The notes: generated by a model not told the origin, from the letters alone. A stretch of 32,000 bases of DNA from Mycoplasmoides pneumoniae FH (GCF_001272835.1 NZ_CP010546.1:150803-182802), one strand, 5' to 3'. Positions 18,254-26,792 are shown, counted from the stretch's first letter. Translations and numbers: made by a program.

Positions 18254-18460
18254 ATGAAAAAAGTTAAAGCATTAAGGAATCTTTTTTTAGAAAAAGCCAG
18301 TGAAAAACTTGAATACCCCAAAATTGCTTCAATGGTAGCTTACTTTGATCCAAAGGAAGATGGTACTTGTGAATTCATTATGAAAATTAAAACTGTCAAT
18401 GAAGTTGCTGACACTGAGACGACAAATAAGGAAAAGCCTTTAGGCACTTGAAAGAGTTAG
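18254..18460 (+). CDS. Small hypothetical protein, 68 aa (paralog of 14721..15002)
   Basis: ATG 18254 reads through TGA 18449-18451 to TAG 18458-18460. The EDGT core is shared with the 93-aa ORF. Confidence 0.55.
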
Positions 18461-18490
18461 TTGATTTTTTGGTCTAAAAAGACATAAATT

Positions 18491-18529
18491 TACCAACAGT
18501 AAGTGTTAAAACTTGCTGTTGGTATTTTT
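18491..18529 (+). terminator. Rho-independent terminator
   Basis: TACCAACAG (18491-18499) pairs with CTGTTGGTA (18516-18524), a perfect 9 bp. TTTTT follows at 18525-18529. Confidence 0.7.
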
Positions 18530-18591
18530 ATTCCCCCACGCTTTCCCGCTTCTCCACCGGGTTCAACCTCGCGGGGGCACTCCTCGACCAG

Positions 18592-19257
18592 GTGTTGGAT
18601 TATGTGCCCTGGATTGGGAATGGGTACAGGTATGGGAATAACCACCGGGGGAGCAACAGTAGTACGAGTGGGGTAACGACCCAGGGACAATCCCAAAATG
18701 CATCCAGTAACGAACCCGCACCGACGTTTTCGAATGTCGGCGTTGGTCTCAAAGCCAATGTCAACGGCACCTTAAGTGGTTCGCGAACTACGCCTAATCA
18801 GCAAGGCACTCCCTGGTTAACCCTCGACCAAGCCAACCTCCAGCTCTGAACGGGCGCGGGGTGAAGGAATGATAAGAACGGACAAAGTGACGAAAACTAC
18901 ACCAATTTCGCGAGTGCTACGGGCAGTACGAACCAGCAGGGTTCAACAACGGGTGGATCAGCGGGCAACCCCGACTCGTTAAAGCAGGATAAGGCTGATA
19001 AAAGTGGTGATTCGGTAACGGTTGCAGAAGCCACATCGGGCGACAACTTGACGAATTACACCAACCTCCCCCCAACCTCACCCCCACATCCGACTGACCG
19101 AACGCGCTGTCATTCACCAACAAGAACAACGCCCAGCGGGTGCAGCTGTTCCTGCGCGGCCTGTTGGGCAGCATCCCGGTGTTGGTCAATAAGAGTGGGC
19201 AAGATGATAACAGTAAGTTTAATTCCACCGACCAAAAATGGTCTTACACCGAATTAA
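18592..19257 (+). pseudogene. P1-like ORF piece b1 (frame 1); leaves the P1 frame after the C6 tract
   Basis: GTG 18592 to TAA 19255-19257 under code 4. The product is P1-like up to ...NYTNLPP. After C6 (19068-19073; P1 has C7 at 31434-31440) the product becomes unrelated ([15 protein letters not shown]...). Confidence 0.5.
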
Positions 19258-19769
19258 AGTCGGATCAAACCAAGCTCAACCTCCCCGCTTATGGTGAGGT
19301 GAATGGATTGTTGAATCCGGCGTTGGTGGAAACCTATTTTGGGACGACGCTTACGTCTAGCACTGCGAACCAAAACAGTACAACCGTCCCCAGTATCGGT
19401 TTTAAAATTCCCGAACAAAATAATGATTCAAAGGCTGTGCTGATCACCCCCGGGTTGGCTTGAACGCCCCAGGACGTCGGTAACCTCGTTGTCAGTGGTA
19501 CCAGCTTGAGCTTCCAGCTCGGCGGGTGGTTAGTTACGGTTCACGGACTTTATCAAACCCCGCGCGGGTTATTTGGGCCTCCAGTTAAGTGGCCTGGATG
19601 CCAGTGACAGCGACCAAAGGGAGTTAATTTGGGCCAAGCGGCCCTGAGCGGCATTTCGTGGCAGTTGGGTCAACCGGTTGGGACGGGTCGAGAGTGTGTG
19701 GGATTTGAAGGGGGTGTGGGCGGATCAAGCTCACAGCGCGGTGTCCGAGTCGCAAGCAGCTACAAGTAG
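19140..19769 (+). pseudogene. P1-like ORF piece b2 (frame 0)
   Basis: The P1-like reading ([49 protein letters not shown]...) continues in frame 0, which is open from 19002. The first start is GTG 19140. It loses the P1 frame at an extra G (19538/19539) and ends at TAG 19767-19769. Confidence 0.5.
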
Positions 19770-20343
19770 TACCACCACCACCGCAACAGGGGACACCTTA
19801 CCGGAGCACCCGAATGCCCTCGCGTACCAAATTAGCTCCACCGACAAGGATTCGTACAAGGCTTCCACTCAAGGCTCCGGTCAAACCAATTCCCAAAACA
19901 CCTCCCCCTACCTGCATTTGATTAAACCTAAAAAAGTTACTGCTTCCGACAAGTTAGACGACGATCTTAAAAACCTGTTGGACCCCAACGAGGTTCGGGT
20001 GAAGCTGCGCCAAAGCTTTGGTACAGACCATTCCACCCAACCCCAACCCCAAGCCCTCAAAACAACGACACCGGTGTTTGGGACGAATAGTGGTAACCTC
20101 GGTAGTGTGCTTAGTGGTGGGGGTACCACGCAGGACTCAAGCACCACCAATCAACTGTCACCCGTTGAACGGGTGAGTGGGTGGCTTGTGGGGCAGTTAC
20201 CAAGCACGAGTGACGGAAACACCTCCTCCACCAACAACCTCGCGCCTAATACTAATACGGGGAATGAGGTGGTGGGGGTGGGAGATTTGTCTAAGCGAGC
20301 TTCCATTGAATCAAGTCGTTTGTGAATAGCATTAAAACCTTAG
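19573..20343 (+). pseudogene. P1-like ORF piece b3 (frame 1)
   Basis: Frame 1 reopens at 19534, directly after TAG 19531-19533. TTG starts occur at 19573 and 19678. The product is P1-like ([52 protein letters not shown]...). It reads through TGA 20323-20325 to TAG 20341-20343. Confidence 0.5.
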
Positions 20344-20533
20344 CTAACGCTAACTTTGGGCGATTTAATCCACTTAGTTTTGAACTCCTTAAATTTGTGT
20401 TTTTCTTGACTTTGCTAAAAAAACAATTCAAAGAGGCTTGCAATGAACAGGTCAGCACTGCTAAATTGGTGAGTGCAAGAACTAAATAAAAGTAATTATT
20501 TTGTAATTTTTCGGCGGTCTTGCCATACATCAA
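20291..20533 (-). CDS. Hypothetical ORF, 80 aa (weak)
   Basis: ATG 20533 to TAG 20291-20293. I recognise no motif. Its 3' end runs over an inverted fragment of a DUF16 gene tail in a different frame, so it may be a fortuitous ORF in repeat debris. Confidence 0.25.
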   Translation of the reverse strand: MMYGKTAEKLQNNYFYLVLALTNLAVLTCSLQASLNCFFSKVKKNTNLRSSKLSGLNRPKLALAKVLMLFTNDLIQWKLA

Positions 20534-20800
20534 TTAAATGCTTGATCAAAACCAAGGTGTCAAAATTTAGTGCACAATTGCTAAGAGCGCCTGTATATTT
20601 AGAGTAAAACTACTTAAATTGCTAAAAATTAACCGTTTTTGAATTAGTTTTAGGGTCAAAATTAGGCCAATTTCCCGCTTTCTTTTTTTAAAAAATCTCT
20701 ACTTTTTACCCCCTAAATAACCTAACAACTACACAATTAATTCCCAATTAATGTAAATTTATCTAAATTGTTCACCGTAGTTAGTTCAATTTAGGTAAAG

Positions 20801-21706
20801 ATGAAAGGGTTTTCTTGCTCCAGACCGGGCTATCTTACTGGTCTCTTGCTCCTCGCTGTAGCCCCTATTCTCACTGCTTGTACCCGCGACTATACTACCA
20901 AGAACGAATTTCAATTAACAACAGCTCAACAGGCCAAATTAAAGCCAGCCACCATCGAATATTGGCGTGATGGTGATACGCCTGAGATCAATTACGCAAG
21001 CGAAGAGCGCCGAAAGGAAGCTGAACAAAAATCTAAAGAAAACGCTAAGAAAGAAGACAAAAAAGAGGAAAAGAAAACTGAAGATTCCCAAGATTCTTCT
21101 TCTGCATCCACGCAAGTTCGTAGTAGTAAACACGGTCTCCGCATCTATGGAATAGATACACCCGAAAAACATGTAAGTAGCAAAGGCGATAGCACCGGTG
21201 ATGAAAAAATCGAAGCCGAAAAGGCCTCTAACTATGCTGAAAAGCTAATCCCTAAAGGCAGTACTGTTTGGGTTTGATCACTCAACACTTACAGCTATGA
21301 TCGTGAAGTGGGCGCTTTATTCTTTAAGTCTAACCCTAAGCAAACCTTCTTCCAATCCTTTGAAGTAGCTATGGTTGAGGCTGGTCATGCTATTCCAATT
21401 GCTGGGACTGGTTTAAATTTAATCGCTGATCCGGAATTAAGTGCTGATGATCCTTTAAGTGTCATTGGTCTACAGTTAGCCAACGCTGCCAATAAGGCTT
21501 ACAACGCTAAAATTAACATTTGGAGCCATGACACTGATGGTTATCGTTCCTTGACTGCTGTTTACAAGTTAAGGGGCGCTGATATTAGTTGAACCCGTTT
21601 CCTAGATGAAGCCAATGGATATTCCTCTGCTAGTGCTGGAACCGGTGCTAGTTTGTACCAACTCTGAGATCAACGTCAAGCCAAATTAGCCCAAAAGGGT
21701 AGTTAA
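20801..21706 (+). CDS. Lipoprotein, staphylococcal-nuclease (SNase) fold membrane nuclease with a Glu/Lys/Ser-rich insert, 301 aa
   Basis: ORFs 20801..21277 and 21308..21592 plus a tail share one frame across three TGA codons, ending at TAA 21704-21706. The signal peptide has lipobox ILTAC (Cys27). SNase motifs present: WRDGDTPEI, LRIYGIDTPE, YDREVGALF, MVEAGHA. Confidence 0.85.
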
Positions 21707-21729
21707 TGAAAGCAGTTTAAATCAGCAAT

Positions 21730-23490
21730 ATGGAAAAGATACAAGCGGAAAAATCCCAAAGTGCAATTGAGTTTAAGAATATTGTAGTCGACTTTGGTGA
21801 GTCAATCGCAATTGATAACATTAACCTCACGGTTAAAAAGAAGGAGTTAGTTACCTTACTAGGTCCTTCTGGGTGTGGGAAAACAACTTCGCTTTCCGTG
21901 ATTGCGGGTCTTATCGCCCCTACTAGTGGTCAGGTTTTATTTAATGGTTATGATGTCACAAAAAAGCCACCACAACAACGCAAACTGGGATTAGTGTTCC
22001 AAAACTATGCCTTGTATCCGCACATGAGTGTGTTTGAAAACATTGTCTTCCCACTCTACAGTGATACGTCTTGACGCGAAGCCATCTTTGAAAAAAATAC
22101 CTGAGCGCAACACGACATTAATTGCTTGATCTTAAAGGCTAATGGTGCTACTAGTGAGGAGCTGGCAGAGCTCAATCGTTTAATGCAACAACGAATCGAT
22201 GAGCCCAAACGAATGGCTTACCAGATTAATGATTTGATGGTAAGTGTGTTTCAAAAACAGAGTGAACTGGAAGCTAACCTAAAGTTAATTCCCCGCAAAA
22301 AACAGTTTGCCATTATTTCACTCAGCAAGGAAACACTAAGTCAAATAAGGGATGTTGAAACTAAAGCCAAGGCTGCATTGGAAACCGCTGATAGTGCTGA
22401 AGTGGAGCAGACCATTAAGAGTGAACTTAAGCAAAAACTAAGTGAAATTAAGGCTAATTACCACGATGAAAAGGCCAACATTAAAGCTTACTGATGGGAA
22501 ATGTTGGCCAATATTAAGACCGAATTAAAAACCGAAAAAACTGCCATTAAGCAAACTAATGACTATGCCAAATTGAAGGAATTGAAGTGAAAGATCCACT
22601 TTGAACCCTTGAATTTAAAGAAGCAGTACCGCAGTTACTTTAAACAACTAAAAGCCAAATACAGCTTAAAAGATGGCAATTTAACTGAAAGCGAATTAAG
22701 TCAAATTGAGGAGTTGCAAAAACGGATTGTTTCGCTCAAAGATTTCATTAACCGCACTGCTAAAGAAGTAGCTGAAAAACTGGAAATTACTAAGATTCTC
22801 CACAAGCGCCCCGCTAATATTTCTGGGGGTCAACAACAACGGGTAGCTATTGCTAGAGCAATTGTTAGAAGACCTAAGGTTCTACTTATGGACGAACCGT
22901 TGTCCAACTTAGATGCGAAGTTGCGGGTACAAACACGGCAATGGATCCGTAAGTTCCAGCAAGACCTGCAAATTACTACTGTCTTTGTGACTCACGATCA
23001 GGAAGAGGCAATGAGTATTAGCGACACGATTGTCTGCATGTCAACTGGTAAGGTACAGCAAATAGGCTCCCCTTCCGAGTTGTACTTAAAACCGGCCAAT
23101 GAGTTCGTTGCTACCTTTTTGGGTAGCCCGGAAATGAATATCGTCAACGCTACGGTTAAAGCTGGACAGCTGTTGTGAAACGAAAGTCCCCTAGTTAAAA
23201 CAAAGTTTGATTTACCTGATGGTGCCATTCGGGTTGGTTTCCGTTATGATGAGGTAACGGCTCCCAAAAACGATGGTAGTCCCGTATTTAGCGGTACCCT
23301 TATAAGTGTGGAAAACCTAGGGAAACACATGGTTGGGGTTGTGGAGAGCAATGGGGTACAGCTCAATGTGCGCTTAGAATTGAGCCACCAGTTTGAAGTA
23401 GGTAATGCAGTTAAGTTTACGATTAAGCCTAATGGCTTACACTTCTTTGATCCCCAAACAACGCAACGGGTGGAGGTAAAACATGTTTAA
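21730..23490 (+). CDS. ugpC: ABC transporter ATP-binding protein, MalK/UgpC type, with a large internal insertion (586 aa)
   Basis: Four track ORFs (21730, 22126, 22609, 23308) share one frame. The gaps contain only TGA. Walker A is GPSGCGKTT, the Q-loop is LVFQNYALYP (Q91), and the signature is ISGGQQQR (about aa 364). Walker B is VLLMDEPLSNLD and the H-loop is VTHD. A MalK-like C-terminal regulatory domain is present. Confidence 0.9.
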
Positions 23491-24472
23491 GTGATTGTTA
23501 AAGCACCGCTCTAAACCAACGCCATTGGAGCTGGGAATCTTTGACCAAAAGGTTTCCTTTTGAAAACCATTTTTGCTGTTTTGCCCAGCTTTATTAACTA
23601 CCTTTCTCTTTACTTTAGTACCGTTCTTCCTTACGTTACAGAAAGGGTTTAGTCACAATGAGGACATCTACCGGGTTGATTCCCAACAGTTTGGCTTTCA
23701 AACTTTCGCTAACCTTTTTAGTGAGTCCAACTTTATTTTGGGCTTGCGCAATTCCTTTTTGTACTCGATTATTTCCCTACCACTGACAATTGTGCTAGCA
23801 ATTATTATTTCTAGTGCCATTGTCTTTGTGTACCGGAAGTTAGCACGGGGCTTTTGACAAACAGTATTCTTTTTACCCTATGTAACTTCCGGAGTAGCGG
23901 TTTCGATTGCTTTTATTTATATTTTGGACTCCTCTTCGGGAATCTTAAACAACATCTTTCATGTCAACATTAAGTGGTTAGATTCGGGGGAACGTGATAC
24001 CTTTAATGCCTTATGGGGAATTCTTATCTTTGGAATTTGGAAGAACATGGCTTTTAATGTGCTGGTAATATCAACCGCCATGTTAAGTGTGGATCCTACT
24101 TTATATAAGGTAGCTAACTTAGATGGTGCAAAACCAATTAGGCAGTTCTTTAAGATTACCTTACCTTCAATCCGCCCAACCTTAATTTTCCTGTTGACCC
24201 TGTTAATTTTGGGCGGAATGCAGGTGTTTCCAATTTCGTTGTTTAACGGGAATGATAGTGAAGCTGTAACCAATGGGGGTTCGACCATCTTGCTTTACAT
24301 CTTCCAAAAGATTCGTGATCAGAATAACAATTTTGCTGGTGCTGCTACCTTGGTGTTGTTCATCTTGGGGGTTTGTTATGGGTTAGTGTTGCGCAATGGT
24401 TTTCGCTTAATTGAATGAGCGCAGTGAAAGATAAAGAGACATTATGTTCAAACAAAGCTTAATCTGGTATAA
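23483..24472 (+). CDS. ugpA: ABC transporter permease (CUT1/UgpA-like), 329 aa
   Basis: ATG 23483 overlaps the ugpC stop by 8 nt. ORFs 23573.. and 23924.. share its frame across TGA codons, ending at TAA 24470-24472. It is a multi-pass TM protein with an EAA-type loop (LYKVANLDGAKPIRQFFKITLPSIRP). Confidence 0.85.
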
Positions 24473-25403
24473 CCGTTACGTCCAAAAACGGAAGAAGGGT
24501 TTAGATCTCACCATTAAAGATCGATCTTGATCGAATGTATTGTTGGGTTTAATCTTTAAAACGGTGGTGTTGTGCTTCTTTGGTTTAATGGTCATCTTTC
24601 CCTTTTATTTGATGCTGGTGGTAGCACTCACCAGTGATGAAGTGGTCTTAAACATTCGTGAACCAATTCTCAAATCCGATGGGTGGCACTTCGAGAACTT
24701 CCGCCGTGTTTTGGAAGATGGTAAATACCTTAATGCCATTTGGATTAACAGCTTAGTAACAATTTTGTCGATTATCCTACGGCTTTTCTTTACCGTTAGC
24801 ATGGGCTATGCCTTTTCGTTAAAAAAGTGAAAGCTCAAGAAGCTGTTTTGGTTTATCTTTTTGGCAGTGTTAATTTTACCCGAATCGGCCTTGCTAATTG
24901 GTCAGTATCGTGTGGTGGTAGTTGCCAATTGAAATCAACCAGAAAAACCAGCGATTATCTTGGGCTTAACAATGCCATTTGTCGCTTCTGTGTTCTCTGG
25001 GTTTATGTTCCGTACTGCCTTTGAAGCAATTCCACCACGAATTAAAGAATCGGCCTTTGTTGATGGTTGTACAGGGTTGAGGTACTTCCTCAAAATTGCC
25101 TTTCCAATGGTACGTAGTACCACTTGAACGGTAAGTATTTTAACGGCCTTTGCGGCGTGAAATTCTTACTTATGACCGTTATTGTTACTAACAAACAGAC
25201 CCGATCTCAACATTAACCTGTGGGTGTTGGCGCAAGGGACTGATGGCAATGCCGGGCAAAGTGACGAACAAATCCGGGTGTTGTTGAATTTAAAGATGGC
25301 AGCAGCCATTTTAGCAATTCTGCCAATGTTTATTGTTTACTTCTTGTTTAGGAAAAGGATTATGAAAGCCGTGGGATCACGTGCCAATACGATTAAAGGA
25401 TAG
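24444..25403 (+). CDS. ugpE: ABC transporter permease (CUT1/UgpE-like), 319 aa
   Basis: ATG 24444 overlaps ugpA by 29 nt. ORFs 24540.. and 25182.. share its frame, joined across six in-frame TGA codons that I read codon by codon. The EAA loop is FEAIPPRIKESAFVDGCTGLRYFLKIAFP. TAG stop at 25401-25403. Confidence 0.85.
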
Positions 25404-25405
25404 TT

Positions 25406-25564
25406 ATGGACAGCTTAAAGCATTTTTGACAACAACTAGTAATGTGATCAAAAACTGTTACCTTTTGAATCATAGTAGCAGTAGGGATTGCTTTTTGTGC
25501 CTTTGCCATTTGGGGCATTATTGCTTGCATTGAAACGATTATCAAAGAAGGGGCGTTGTTGTAA
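25406..25564 (+). CDS. Candidate small membrane protein, 52 aa (MDSLKHFWQQLVMWSKTVTFWIIVAVGIAFCAFAIWGIIACIETIIKEGALL)
   Basis: ATG 25406 sits 2 nt after the ugpE stop. The ORF has three in-frame TGA codons, so it is invisible under the standard code. It has one clear TM helix. TAA stop at 25562-25564. Confidence 0.4.
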
Positions 25565-25815
25565 GTTAGCTTTCTTAGCTTTTTTATAAAAACACCAGAT
25601 TGATATTTAGCCTTTTTGAGTTAGCTGTTCTCACTGCTTTTGGCGGTTGCTATACAGAATGAAGGTCGTTTGTAAAGGAACGTAAACTTTGCTAACTTAA
25701 AGATCTCTTTTTGGGTTTTAGGTGTTTTATTTTTGTTACATAAAATGAAGAAAAGGTTAGGAAACTACTTGCAATCAAAAAAAGCGTTTTAGGTAAAAAA
25801 AGTGCTTTGTTTCAT

Positions 25816-25839
25816 AACCACCCTTCGAGGTGGTTTTTT
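25816..25839 (+). terminator. Rho-independent terminator
   Basis: AACCACC (25816-25822) pairs with GGTGGTT (25829-25835) across loop CTTCGA, and the right arm runs into a T tract (T6 at 25834-25839). This is the first canonical terminator after the ugp genes. Confidence 0.75.
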
Positions 25840-25916
25840 ATTTGTTTTATAGCTTTGTATACGAATTCACTCTATAGATATAGGGTGCTTTTATTTTCTG
25901 GCAAGCTGAAAAGGGT

Positions 25917-25963
25917 AAAAAATACCAAAAGTTAGCAGTTAAGAAACCACTAAGAATTGGTAT
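25917..25963 (-). terminator. Terminator-like hairpin after the minus-strand DUF16 gene (possibly bidirectional)
   Basis: ATACCAA (25922-25928) pairs with TTGGTAT (25957-25963), and inner TTAG/CTAA pairs extend the stem. An A6 run lies on the plus side, which gives U6 on the minus transcript. TTTT also follows on the plus strand. Confidence 0.5.
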
Positions 25964-25980
25964 TTTGGTTTTACTAAATA

Positions 25981-26556
25981 CTATTTGGGTGGATCGATTT
26001 TGTCTAAGCGAGTTTCCATTGAATCCAAGCGATTTTCCATAGAGTCTAAACGTCCTTCAACAGAATCAAGGCAACCTTCTATTGAATCCAAGCGATTTTC
26101 CATAGAATCAAGACGACTATCCATAGAGTCTAGACGACCTTCAATAGAGTCGAAGCGTTTATTGGTGGATTCTATACTTTCAACCAAAAGGTTTTCCAAA
26201 CGATCCATGCGGGCGTTAAACTCTTGTCTTTGCGCTTTTTGCTCCACTTGAAGTTCTCTAATTTGCTCGCCCTGGATTCTTATTTGTTCACCTTGGGCAG
26301 CCAAAGTGGTTTCAATCTTTATGAGTCGTTGGTCGTTTGAGTCTTTGTACTCGTTAAACTCTTTGCGCGTTACGTATTCCGTGTTCACTGGTATAACCGG
26401 TTTGTTAAGTTTAAATTGTCTATTGAAATTGCCAGAGAATTCCACACTTTTGTTTTCTGGATTAATGATGTATCAGCCCGAAAAAGTGCCCTTTTTGGTC
26501 TTTTTCATCATCTCGTTAAATTCCTTTTCGTTATAAAACGGAATTTTCTCTTTCAT
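25981..26556 (-). CDS. DUF16 (UPF0134) family coiled-coil protein, 191 aa
   Basis: Track ORF 25981..26445 extends upstream through TGA 26481-26479 to ATG 26556, with AAAGGAG upstream. The N-terminus is [42 protein letters not shown].... The C-terminus has 7 RLDSMEx heptads followed by RLDKIDPPK. Confidence 0.85.
26011..26157 (-). repeat. Tandem 21-nt heptad repeat, 7 units
   Basis: The units encode [42 protein letters not shown] and RLDSMET. The unit is the same as at 14204-14434 but the copy number is lower. Confidence 0.85.
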
Positions 26557-26672
26557 TAATAAGCGACTCCTTTCTTTTCAGTGAAATTTAAAAAGTAACT
26601 ACTACTTGCAACTCAGTTGCCAACAGGGATCAGACCATTTACTGATCAATTTAAAAAATAAAAGATTTGCAT
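26556..26672 (-). CDS. Candidate leader peptide C, 38 aa (MQIFYFLNWSVNGLIPVGNWVASSSYFLNFTEKKGVAY)
   Basis: GGAGGAGCAAA precedes ATG 26672. There are two in-frame TGA codons. TAA 26558-26556 overlaps the DUF16 ATG (TAATG). The ORF is exactly 117 nt. Confidence 0.45.
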
Positions 26673-26734
26673 TTTGCTCCTCCACTAAATAAATTGACCG
26701 GCTTATTGAGAAGTGCCAACAAAATTGCAAAAAA
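26557..26734 (-). promoter_or_regulatory. Leader module copy C
   Basis: The reverse complement reads TTTTTTGCAATTTTGTTGGCACTTCTC...CAATTTATTTAGTGGAGGAGCAAAATGCAAATCTTTTATTTTTTAAATTGATCAG-N8-CTGATCCCTGTTGGCAAC... Confidence 0.7.
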
Positions 26735-26746
26735 TTTCAAATGAAT

Positions 26747-26783
26747 AAAAATACCAATAGCAATTTAGCCATTGGTATTTTTT
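26747..26783 (-). terminator. Bidirectional-type terminator hairpin after the second minus-strand DUF16 gene
   Basis: ATACCAAT (26751-26758) pairs with ATTGGTAT (26771-26778), a perfect 8 bp with a 12-nt loop. A5 lies on the left and T6 on the right. Confidence 0.7.
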
Positions 26784-26792
26784 AGTCTACAG

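Larger units (their letters stand above)
18532..20293 (+). repeat. RepMP2/3-type repeat, copy b: about 1.76 kb partial copy of P1 from nt 30882 onward
   Basis: It aligns to P1 30882..32000 and continues with P1-like coding sequence beyond the window edge (...[37 protein letters not shown]...[31 protein letters not shown]). It is GC-rich. The P1 frame is broken twice. Confidence 0.9.

Noticed and set aside
24827-25123. Track ORFs 24827..25024 (+) and 24935..25123 (-) inside the ugpE region. Many other short alternate-frame ORFs sit inside parE, parC, uvrC, ugpA and other genes.
   Set aside because: Under code 4 the ugpE frame is continuous across this interval and carries the EAA permease motif. 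The alternates have no support.
25600-25700. A 31-codon TTG-initiated hydrophobic ORF (IFSLFELAVLTAFGGCYTEWRSFVKERKLC) and a 15-aa ATG ORF near 25745.
   Set aside because: Neither has an SD site, and I cannot assess conservation. At this length such ORFs are expected by chance in AT-rich DNA. The region is mentioned only as part of the 3' tail finding.
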